From contig CM000431.1 of the NCBI GenBank assembly GCA_000165345.1, positions 416,001-480,000 of the forward strand: a stretch of DNA of 64,000 nucleotides. The letters run 5' to 3'. The position numbers and the translations under genes were made by a program. This document shows positions 9,070 to 19,100 of this stretch, in pieces (within the stretch, counting starts at the first letter, position 1; every line of letters begins with the position of its first letter). Under the pieces are notes generated by a model, which was not told where the DNA came from, did not search any database, and saw only the letters and a program-made list of their open reading frames with translations.

Positions 9070-11523
9070 ATGCATAAAAGTAAGTCTTTGGATAATTATC
9101 AAGAATGGGATAATAAATTGGCAGAGGAATATGAATATTCTCCATTAATTATTACAGAAAAAATAAGTGAATATACAATGCCAAGTGAAATTTTGCTCTA
9201 TAATCCAACAGAAGATGATATATTTACCAAATTTCATGCGGGATCTTCAAATGAGTTCAAAATTCGTCAAATATTTCTACATGTTGATTTACTTGAACAA
9301 GAAGAAGAAATGTTGATTGAATTTGATAACTTTTTAACTAAAAATTGTATAAAGTTACCAGAATTTATTAAACCTTTAATTTTAAGAGTTTTAATGTTTA
9401 ATAAAAGACGTCATCCTAACACTTATATACAAAGATCAATGAATCATTTAATTAGTATGTTTAAATGGAGGGTTTCAACTTATCCATTAAGTGATATGGA
9501 AAGTAATTTAAGAGAAGATTTAGAATCTGGAATCATATATTGGCATGGGAGAGATTATTGTTTAAGACCAATCTTAACAATAAGATTATCAAAAGTTAAT
9601 AAACATTTTCCATTAGAAAGATTTATTAGATTAATAGTATTTTGTATGGAATGGGGAATGAGATATTTAATGTGCCCTGGTAAAGTTGAAACATGTTTGG
9701 CTCTTATTGATATGAAAGGAGTGAGCTTGACCTCTTTTCCAATTTCCACAATGAGTGAAATTTCATCATTATTAACAAATCAATATTCTTTCAGACTTTA
9801 TAGAATGTTTATACTACATGATTCACTTTTCATTCAAACTGTTTGGAGTTTAATGAAGCAATTTCTTACAGATTTACAACAGCACAAAATTGTATTAAGC
9901 AGAAATGAGATAAAAACTCAGTTATTCAAAACTGTCCATCCAAATCAAGTTGAAGAACATTTTGGTGGATTACAAAAGAATAAAACTTTTCCATTTTATC
10001 CCTTTATTTTTCCATCTGGACCTTTTTCTGATCCAAAATTACATCCAAATAATGGTTTTACACGTGTTGTTAATCAATGTAATATTGAACAAATGGATAA
10101 TTTTTCCAAAGTTACTAATTGCCATCTCTTATTTAATAAATTTAATGTTCTTGGTAAGCTATATTACAATGGTAACAAACATAATAAAATTCTTTGGGAT
10201 GAAAAAGGACTTGAAGAGCTTAATGATACAATTTCATCTTTTTTAAATATTAATTTAGATGATGATAAAAATTCATTCAGCTTTGATAAAAACTCTAATC
10301 ATTTAAATAGTAATATTAAATCAGCTAATAATCATGATCATTATTATAATAATAATCATAATTATTATGTGGGTAATAATAACAATAATAACAATAATAA
10401 TAATAACAATCATCATCATCATCATCATCAACATCGTCATCAACATCATCATGACAATAATAATAATCTTCTTCATAACAGTAATAATGATTTTTCAATC
10501 AATGAAATATTAAACTCAGATAAGAAAAATAATGATGATATTGAACAGATAGAAAAGTTGGAATTAAAGAGTTATTTAATGGAGCATACAGATAATATGA
10601 AATTAGATAATTTGTCAATACCAAATCAAAAGATACAATCTACTAATAATGAGGATAGAGATTTATCAGCTGAAATTAATATTGGTATAATCAATACAAT
10701 TAATATGAATACAGATATTGCTAATATTGGTGATATGAGCCAACATTTTATAAGAGAATATTCAGTCTTATCAGAATCTCCAAATTTAGCAGAAAATATT
10801 GCAATGATTATTGAAGATTCTCAGAGTTTCTTTTCTGCTTCTTCAAGTTTGTATATTAATGAAGATAATGATGAAAATCCATGTGTTGAAGATTTTCATC
10901 ATAATTTAATAATTGATAATCCTTGTTGTGATCATAATGTATTTCAATCTTTTGGAGTTTTACCAATAGCTATGGAAAGCTTTAAAAATTCAGGAAAAAA
11001 ATCAAAAAGTTGTTTAAAGTCTTCAAATTATTGTAAAAATTCGAATATTGTTAATGAAGAAAATAATAAATCCAATTTAATTAACACATATAATCCAAAA
11101 ACTTCAAATAATGCAATACTGAATAATTTTATTGAAGAAAATGGAATAATAAATAATAAAGAACTTTCGAATCAAACAAAAAGTTTGAAGGATGTTAATA
11201 AAAAAAATAATAATAATATTAATGACAATAGTTCATATATTATAAGTAATGACATATTACGAGATTATGACCAAATTGTACCAAAGAGGTCAAATTTGAG
11301 TTTATCTTCACCAATTATTGATATCAATCCTCCTGTTTCAGCTTTAAATACTTCATCTTCTCGTATAAGTTCAATGGAAAATACTAAATTGAATGATTCT
11401 TTTAGTTATATAGGTAAATCTCATGAGAGCCAGAAAATTTCAAGAAAGAGCAAAATTAAATCAAAGATTTCTAGAGTAATTAATAAAATAAAAAATAGAA
11501 CTTCTATTATTGAGAATGAATAA
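9070..11523 (+). CDS. Sec14/CRAL-TRIO lipid-transfer domain protein with a long Asn/His-rich low-complexity C-terminal extension (817 aa)
   Basis: ATG at 9070. The N-terminal ~300 aa carries CRAL-TRIO-like segments: IYWHGRDYCLRPILTIRLSKVN, ALIDMKGVSLTSFP, LYRMFILHDSLFIQTVWSLMKQFL...KIVL. Residues ~440-470 are N-rich then HHHHHHQHRHQHHH. Confidence 0.7.
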   Translation: MHKSKSLDNYQEWDNKLAEEYEYSPLIITEKISEYTMPSEILLYNPTEDDIFTKFHAGSSNEFKIRQIFLHVDLLEQEEEMLIEFDNFLTKNCIKLPEFIKPLILRVLMFNKRRHPNTYIQRSMNHLISMFKWRVSTYPLSDMESNLREDLESGIIYWHGRDYCLRPILTIRLSKVNKHFPLERFIRLIVFCMEWGMRYLMCPGKVETCLALIDMKGVSLTSFPISTMSEISSLLTNQYSFRLYRMFILHDSLFIQTVWSLMKQFLTDLQQHKIVLSRNEIKTQLFKTVHPNQVEEHFGGLQKNKTFPFYPFIFPSGPFSDPKLHPNNGFTRVVNQCNIEQMDNFSKVTNCHLLFNKFNVLGKLYYNGNKHNKILWDEKGLEELNDTISSFLNINLDDDKNSFSFDKNSNHLNSNIKSANNHDHYYNNNHNYYVGNNNNNNNNNNNNHHHHHHQHRHQHHHDNNNNLLHNSNNDFSINEILNSDKKNNDDIEQIEKLELKSYLMEHTDNMKLDNLSIPNQKIQSTNNEDRDLSAEINIGIINTINMNTDIANIGDMSQHFIREYSVLSESPNLAENIAMIIEDSQSFFSASSSLYINEDNDENPCVEDFHHNLIIDNPCCDHNVFQSFGVLPIAMESFKNSGKKSKSCLKSSNYCKNSNIVNEENNKSNLINTYNPKTSNNAILNNFIEENGIINNKELSNQTKSLKDVNKKNNNNINDNSSYIISNDILRDYDQIVPKRSNLSLSSPIIDINPPVSALNTSSSRISSMENTKLNDSFSYIGKSHESQKISRKSKIKSKISRVINKIKNRTSIIENE
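10375..10465 (+). repeat. AAT/CAT codon repeat encoding a poly-Asn then His-rich tract inside the 9070 CDS
   Basis: The sequence reads aataataacaataataataataacaatcatcatcatcatcatcatcaacatcgtcatcaacatcatcat. Confidence 0.9.
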
Positions 11524-11898
11524 GATTTAAAATATTATATATTGTTCAAATAGAAAATGTGTTTTATTATTTCTTCCTAAATGTTGAGATTTTTATTCAT
11601 CATAAATTTTCATTTTATTTCAAGATTCATATAATATTAAAGATTAATTAAAATTGTAAGGAAACACAATAAAGAAAGTAGATAAAATATTCTTTCGTTT
11701 TAATAGATTTCGACTAACTTTTTTCTTTTCCAATATTCAAATATAAATGATGTATTTCTAATGAAACTCTTGATTAACTAATACATTAATATTGTAAGCA
11801 CATATTTTACAAATAATATACCTAATAATTCAAAATTTGTATATTGTTTCATTTTTATCAATGGAAATAATTAAATCATAAAAAAACTATAAAAAATT

Positions 11899-11925
11899 GT
11901 GGGCGGGGGATTGGGCGGGAAACTC
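11899..11925. promoter_or_regulatory. GC-box pair GTGGGCGGGGGATTGGGCGGGAAACTCG, ~400 bp upstream of the 12308 gene
   Basis: Two GGGCGGG cores; GGCGGGAAA resembles an E2F half-site. Confidence 0.45.
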
Positions 11926-12088
11926 GTTTATATTTAATTATTTTAATGGCTAATATAATTAATTATTAGTAAATATAAAGCGTGGGAATAAAGCGAATTA
12001 AATAAAGGTGAATGAATAAAATAAGAGTTAAATTTAGAACATTTTCAGTGAGTGAGCGAGTGCAAAAAAGAAGGAAATAAAGAAAGGA

Positions 12089-12176
12089 ATATATATATAT
12101 ATATATAATATATATGTATGTGTAGAAATATATCATATATTATGCATATATATTTATATTATATATATTATATATC
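12089..12176. repeat. Compound TA/TG-rich simple repeat
   Basis: The sequence reads atatatatatatatataatatatatgtatgtgtag...atatatatttatattatatatatta. Confidence 0.8.
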
Positions 12177-12307
12177 TCTATGTAAAGAGAAATTGAACGT
12201 AAGAAAATAGAAATACAAGTGCCAAGAATAAATTTCAGGCCATTGTCTATATGAATTCTTAAGAACAAGTTAGTATTTTTTTCTTTTTAGCAAAAACTAA
12301 AGCAAGG

Positions 12308-12904
12308 ATGATTTCGAATGAAGGTTTGATCACAGTATACTATTTCATACCGTCAGATGGCGATAAAGAGAATAATCCTAATACATTTAAAGTGAAAGGA
12401 ACTCATTCAACTCTTACAACAAAACAAATAAAAGATTCATTTCCATTACCTGGAATTTATTACTTTAGATTTAAAGTACGTGTTGGGAATACTTACGCAT
12501 GGATGGATCCTTTAAATGATGATGATATTGTGCCACTATACGATGATGCAATTATAGCAAAGGTTTTGAGAATCAACTGGGACTACAAAAATAAATTTAC
12601 CCAGAGATTAAATAACAAACAAGACGCTTATTCAATTTCATCAGGTGTAATTCCTTCTCCCAACTCTTTGAATCAAGCATTTTATCAATCACAACCACCT
12701 TCACAGGCTTCCCAACCCCACCATCCATCTTCACCTCCTCCTCCTCCCCCACCTCCACCGCCACCACCACCACCGCCTCCAGTTTTGAGGCATTCAGTGA
12801 CGGCTTCAGCTACAATTCCATCATCATCAAACTCAAATAATATTGACTTAATTGACTTAAACTGTGAACATTCTAAATGGAATTCAAATTCTGGATACAT
12901 TTAA
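12308..12904 (+). CDS. Small protein with an N-terminal DIX-like ubiquitin-fold domain followed by a 17-residue poly-Pro tract (198 aa)
   Basis: ATG at 12308. Residues 8-90 (ITVYYFIPSDG...TLTTKQIKDSF...IYYFRFKVRV...WMDPLNDDDIVPLYDDAIIAKVLRI) align in pattern with the Dishevelled/Axin DIX motifs (VIYHLD...TLGDFK...YFFKS...[21 protein letters not shown]). This is followed by PSSPPPPPPPPPPPPPPPPPV. Confidence 0.5.
   Translation: MISNEGLITVYYFIPSDGDKENNPNTFKVKGTHSTLTTKQIKDSFPLPGIYYFRFKVRVGNTYAWMDPLNDDDIVPLYDDAIIAKVLRINWDYKNKFTQRLNNKQDAYSISSGVIPSPNSLNQAFYQSQPPSQASQPHHPSSPPPPPPPPPPPPPPPPVLRHSVTASATIPSSSNSNNIDLIDLNCEHSKWNSNSGYI
12733..12783 (+). repeat. CCN-codon tract encoding P17; the GC-richest stretch of the window
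   Basis: The sequence reads cctcctcctcctcccccacctccaccgccaccaccaccaccgcctcca. Confidence 0.9.
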
Positions 12905-13594
12905 AGTTTAAATGCAAATTAAAGAGATTTTGATTAAGGGTTTTTTTTTTCTTTCTAAATCTAAATATACATAAGTAATTGAGAATACATAATTAAACTA
13001 TAATAGAGATAATATTCGCTTATAATAGTACGGTTTATAAAGATTTTCAAAGTCTTTATTTCCTTTAATTTGGAATTTTGAAAATTTTACCTTCAAAAAT
13101 ATAATTTTTTTAAAATAATTTTTGTAAGATATGCCATTTGGTAATAATGCATGCAAAAAACTTTGTTCTAATACCGGCGACACGTAATTATTTTATACCA
13201 TAATTCTTTAAAATTTAATAATTGGCAATATTTTAAAAATTTGGAGATTTTCTAATTGTATGCTTTTGTTCTTGTTTGGTTTATTAGAAAATTCGATTAA
13301 CTTTTTTTCCTCGATTCTCTTCCTCTCACTTTCTCTTAAAATACTTTTGCTTCAAATGAATTTAAATTTTCTATATATTGATTATAAAAAAGTTGAAAAC
13401 GTTATCATATCTTAAAATCATTTCAAGAGTAAAAAAAAGTTGTATGTTGAAATATTATTAAAAGTGAATTTATCAAATAATTTAAGACAAATCAAAATTT
13501 ACAAATAATTCAAACTAATAATAAAGAATAAAATTATACATGTTCATTTTTTTCAATCAAAAATAATTTTGTCCATTGACAATTAATTACTTCT

Positions 13595-13650
13595 GCCACG
13601 TAATGTTTTTTAAAGCACTGCATGCATTTTAAACATCGAAATTACGTGGC
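13595..13650. promoter_or_regulatory. Nested palindrome GCCACGTAAT-N14-TGCATGCA-N14-ATTACGTGGC in a convergent intergenic region
   Basis: A perfect 10-bp inverted repeat (13595-13604 and 13641-13650) is centred exactly on the TGCATGCA palindrome (13619-13626). A second TGCATGCA (13148-13155) plus CACGTAAT (13181-13188) pair lies 450 bp away. Confidence 0.5.
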
Positions 13651-14127
13651 AAGAATAGATACATTCTCAAATACAAAAAAACTGTAAACGAATAGCGAAC
13701 CAAAGAAACTATTATATATCAAAACAAATAATAGAAAAAGCACTTAGGAACTCTTTCTGTATTTAACTACACGCAAAAATAATGTGTGCAATCCGTCACT
13801 TGAACTTTATTTTAAGCAACTTTTAATAAAAGCCTATTGAATATTTATATGCGAACAAAAAAACTATTAGCAGATACGGTAAAATAATACAAATCACCGA
13901 ATAATTGAAATAATGGAATCCCTTGCATCTTTGAAAAATAAACAGTAAATTTCTCCGTCTATTAAACTGACGAAACACCAATAACAAAAATTTAATATAG
14001 AATTCAGATTATTGGTGAGCTTTTCACCGTATTCGGCTTGAATATATTGAAGAGCACTTCACCTCTGCTAAAGTCCTCATAATAATGTCCAATAGTCTGG
14101 AATAAAGAACGTTGCAACGTCAATTAA

Positions 14128-14616
14128 TTAGTATCCCTGAGATACGAGGTACTCGGCTAGTTGCAGAGCAACCTTCTTGCAATTACCTGATGATTGATCC
14201 TTGGATTCGTCGTAAACTGCAACAACAACAGTACCGTTTTGAGTATCAACTAAAAAACATCCACCTTGAGGTCTGTTACAAAATGTAACATGAACGGTAG
14301 CATCGTTTTGCTGGAAGTCCTTCTCTACACGGATAATCTTATATTTGTTTCCTCCGACCCAAACGCCGTTTGGTGCCTTACCTTCGGAGATTGCTTGGCA
14401 TAGTGTAGTTTGATCATTAATTAATTCAGCAGCCTCTGAAACTCCGTCAGATTGAATAACATTCTCTTCATGATCTTCTCTAACAAGAGTCTTCCAGGCA
14501 TCACCTTGATCAGCAGAAGCAGCATAGAATGCACCATCTATTGAACAAAGACCACCAGCACATACACTACCGGTGTCAATTAACCATTCTTTGACCATAT
14601 CATCCCATTCAGACAT
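14128..14616 (-). CDS. PRF: Profilin (apicomplexan type, 162 aa)
   Basis: ATG verified (cat at 14614-14616). Full-length alignment with apicomplexan profilins, e.g. MSEWDDMVKEWL.DTG..CAGG and the C-terminal ...ALAFAEYL.QSGY pattern, including the apicomplexan-specific acidic insertion (ASADQGDAWKTLVREDHEEN). Confidence 0.95.
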   Translation of the reverse strand: MSEWDDMVKEWLIDTGSVCAGGLCSIDGAFYAASADQGDAWKTLVREDHEENVIQSDGVSEAAELINDQTTLCQAISEGKAPNGVWVGGNKYKIIRVEKDFQQNDATVHVTFCNRPQGGCFLVDTQNGTVVVAVYDESKDQSSGNCKKVALQLAEYLVSQGY

Positions 14617-16150
14617 CTTTAATTAATTAAGTAAAATATAAAAATAGCGGAGTAAAAGATAAAATAATATAAGTTCTGATTGAGCTAAAATAACTTTTAC
14701 AAAACTGTTTGAATTATGAAATTTTCCCTAATATTGCTTTTTTGACATGTATTTACTATGGATTTTACACGCATATACGCGTCCCAAAAAAAAAAACAAA
14801 TCAACGTCTTGTCTATACCGCCAGTAAAGTGTAAAATTGTAAAATAATTATAATTACGTTTAATGTGTATAGGTATATATAAAACGAGAAATTTTTTTTT
14901 TTTTTTTTACTGATGTATATCAAGTAATTTAAAAGGTGTAAAAGCTAGGAATAATTATTAAAACGTAAATTCAGATTTTCACTACGCATTGTATACACTA
15001 GAAAATTTTTTCAAGAATGAAAAGTGGCATTGATATATTAATTAAATTAGTAGGCAGATAAGCTACGGGTCAAAATATCCGACTTAATGTCAAAAATTAT
15101 TCATTTTTAGATTGCATTAGAGGACGTTATTATTACTAACGTTATAATAATTACAGGATATCTATTATGTAGGAAAGTATTTGTATCAACGTTATTATGA
15201 TATTACCCTCAACTTTTTCTATTTTATTATTTATTATCTCCGAATGATTTTGAAGTAGTAATTTATTTTAAAGAAAAATTAAATATATTGAATTATTGTA
15301 TGAGAAAAAATAGAACTTGATAAACTTGTTTAGAAAATTATTTGAATTTAGGAAATTGATTTAACATTTACTTGAATATTTTAAATATAAATTAATAAAT
15401 ACAATACAACTCAAAATTTAATTTGGCAAGTGATCGTAACAAGAAAGCTATTTAGAAATTAAAGGTAATTCATTAATCACTTGTTTTATATTATTTAATT
15501 AAAGAATTTAGCTTTTTATTTTCTCAATAATATATCAACTCATTAAAATTAGTCATTTTGCATGCAATGTATAGTACCGGCATGCGACAATATTTAATTA
15601 ATAATATTTCCACATGAATTTATCAAAATGCATGCATTTCCACATTAAATTTTTTCCGAGTATTAATAGTAGTGTATTTTAATGAATGACTTTAATTGAA
15701 AAAAAAAAAAAATTTGAAATAAATATCAAATTGCGATGAATAAAAGCAAATTATATGAATCAAGATAATAAGAAGAATGAAAGAAAATTAAATTCTAGGA
15801 TTTGATTAACTAACAATGAATAAATTTCTAAAGATTGATTAAAAAAAGTAAAAAAGATGAGTTTAATTAAATTGCATGCAAAAATAAGAAGCGCTGGAAT
15901 TAGAAATAATATGAATAATATGAAATATTGAGGAGCAAGAACATAGAAAAAAATATTAATCGGTTTACAAGTAAACGATATCTAGGGTTTAAGTTAAGGA
16001 ACAATTTTTTTTAAATTAATTACTAAAAAAATCCTTATTCCTCTGAAATTATAAGAAATACCAGGGTTCGAATGTAAGGAAAGTTATAAATAAGGTATTA
16101 AACAAGTTATATAATGACAATAAGATAGAAAGGAAAAGTAAGCAATTAAT

Positions 16151-19100
16151 ATGAGATCTAATAGGAATTATGGTCTTTATAAGTTTGCAATGGCATTAAA
16201 TAAAGCAGCAAGATCTTTTATGGGGGTTGTATTGAACTATGCAAAAAGGAAAAAACAAAGAAATGAAGAGACATCTCCATTTGCTATTAGATATAGAGCT
16301 TTCAGAGATTTAATAAATAATATCAATTCTGGGAGTTTAGATGGTGAGTTTTTCTCAATTTGGAGAGTAGATTGGGACTCAATTACCATTTGTGAGGAAA
16401 ATTTAAAACGTGGGAAATCGAGTACTTTATCATTTATGTTATTGAATACATACAAAAGCGATTTACCACCATTAGAAGTGGATATTAAATTATATTCTAT
16501 TGGTATTATTAGATTTGTTGTAAATGAAACTGATCAATTTATTAAGATGAATAGGTTTCAGCTACCATATAATGATATTATTAAAGATAAGTTATTGGAT
16601 GCTCATTATTTGATTAATACTAGAGATAAATTAAAAATAACTCAAGCAAAAGATGACAATTCTATTTCAATTGAGTTTGAAATAGTTGATTCTTTAATAA
16701 ATAATGATTTAGATACCGAATCTGAGAAAAGAATGAGAAAGAATTTAACTGAATTTGAAGAAAAGATTTCAAGGAAAGTATTCAAATTAGTATTAACATG
16801 TAATTACTTTAAAGTTGAAACTTTTATTGATAATCGTTTAATACATACCATTAATCCAAATGGAAACTTTAATTTTGAAAGAGTTAGACCTTTTATTTCT
16901 AAATCTCATCCAAATATTAAAAAGGAAGATCTGATGAAGATCGCAAATGCTAAGAAAATTTCACAAGATGATACAAGTGCGAGTAAAATCTTTGATTCTA
17001 TTGAAAAGAAGATTGGAATTACTAATTACTTTGAGGAAATACCCAGTTTACTCAAAGAAAGAAAGTATCAGAAGAAAGGTTGGGGAGTTTTTGAATCAAA
17101 ACTCAAAGAGTCTTGTGGAAATGAATATATTAATGGAGGAAATATTATGGAAATTATTGATTCATATGATGTTTATAGTAAGAACTCATGGTATGATATT
17201 TATGATCGATTTCCAGATTACAAGATTTATGGTCCAACTTGTATTGGAACAGATATTCGAGTTCATAATACAAGCAATATATATGGTGCATCTGAGCATT
17301 CTACGGAAGTTAATTTACCAGAATATTCAAGTTCATATAGATTTTATAATTTGGATGTATTTACCTACAAAAATGATAAACCTGATGCATTATATGGTTC
17401 TATTCCACTCGTATTGAGTGTTCATAATGATGAAAAGAACTCATTCATTTCTGGAATCTTATGGTTAAATCCTTCTGACACATTTATGGATATTAAAAGG
17501 AAATTTAATAAGATTGATACTTGGTGGGTATCTGAAACTGGTATAATGGATTTCATTCTTATGGTTTCTGATAATTTTGACTCTTTTTACTATAATTATC
17601 ATATGCTTACAGGTTTTCCTACTTTAACTCCAAGATTTGGTCTTGGAAAACATCAATCAAGGTGGTTTAATTGCAAAGATTCTGATGTACTTGAACTATC
17701 AACTACATTTGAAGAAAACAAAATTCCTTTAGATTCTATTTGGCTTGATATTGAGCACTTAAACAAAAGAAAGTGTTTTACTTGGAATATTGAAAATTTT
17801 AAGAATGTTCCAGAAATGCTTGGCGAGCTTGATATCAAGGGTAGAAATCTTATAGTTATTGCAGATCCCCATATTAGTATTGATGATAACTATCATGTTT
17901 ACAATAAACTACAGAATCAGCCATATTTATCTAATAATATCCTTGAAGATGACGAGAAGGTTATCCCTATTACAATAACTAAAACTGAACCAATATCTAA
18001 TCCTTGGATTAAAATTAGAAATCATCAAGAATGGGAAGATTTTGTCGGTGTTTGCTGGCCTGGAAAAGTTAAATACCCAGACTTTTTGAATCCAAAAGTT
18101 AGGGAAATATACTCTTCATTTTATACTAACAAGCACTATCCTATAATGAATTATTCAAACATTGGATTTTGGATTGACATGAATGAACCCTCTGTATTTT
18201 CATCATCTGAACTTACTCTGCCCAAACATTCATTTCATTATAATGATATAGAGCACAGACAAGTCCACAACTTATATGGTTATTATCATCTAAAATCAAC
18301 CTTTAATGGACTTTTAACATGTGCAGCACAGAGAATTATCTTCCTTGATAATATTTCAAATACAAATGAAATTGTTTCCTCTTTCCATGGAAGCCATTCA
18401 GCAATTGATAAAGCCTTAGCTAATGAAAATAAAAGATTAAATGATCGATTGAAACAAGATAAGTCAATTTTGAATCTTATTTCATCAGGAAGAAAGATTT
18501 TAAATCAGGATAATTTACTTGAATTGGGAAATGTTATAAAAAATATACAACGTCCATTCATATTAACAAGATCATTTTATATTGGTTCTCATTGCTATGG
18601 TTTTACTTGGACTGGAGATAATAAAGCTGATTATGATTCTTTTTCTTCAGTTATATCAATGAATGTTTCAAATTCAGTCTGTGGATTATCATATACTGGC
18701 TCAGATGTTGGAGGTTTTTATGGACATCCTTGTAAATGTTTGTTTATAAATTGGCATAAACTATCAATATGGATGCCATTTTACAGAGTTCATTCCCATA
18801 TTGACTCACCAAAAAGAGAGCCATGGGAGTTTGGAGGTGAAATACTCAAATATATTAGAAAACTAGTAGTAACAAGGTATGAACTACTTTCTTTTTGGTA
18901 CACAATATCTTCATTATACTCATTCCAAGGCAAGCCAATGTTAAAGCCACTAAATTGGCTCTTATTTGAATTCAAAAACCATGATTTAATTGGTAAAAAT
19001 GAATCAATTTTAAAGATTTGTGAATGCCAGTCTTTTCTATTAGGAGATACTTTTTTAATATATAGTACTCTACAAAACCAATGTACTTGTAAGAAAAACA

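Noticed and set aside
16040-16110. GGTTCGAAT T-loop-like string (ccagggttcgaatgtaagg) that could flag a tRNA
   Set aside because: The surrounding sequence is AT-rich with no complementary acceptor or anticodon stems and no box A. It lies 80 bp upstream of the GH31 ATG, so it is probably chance.
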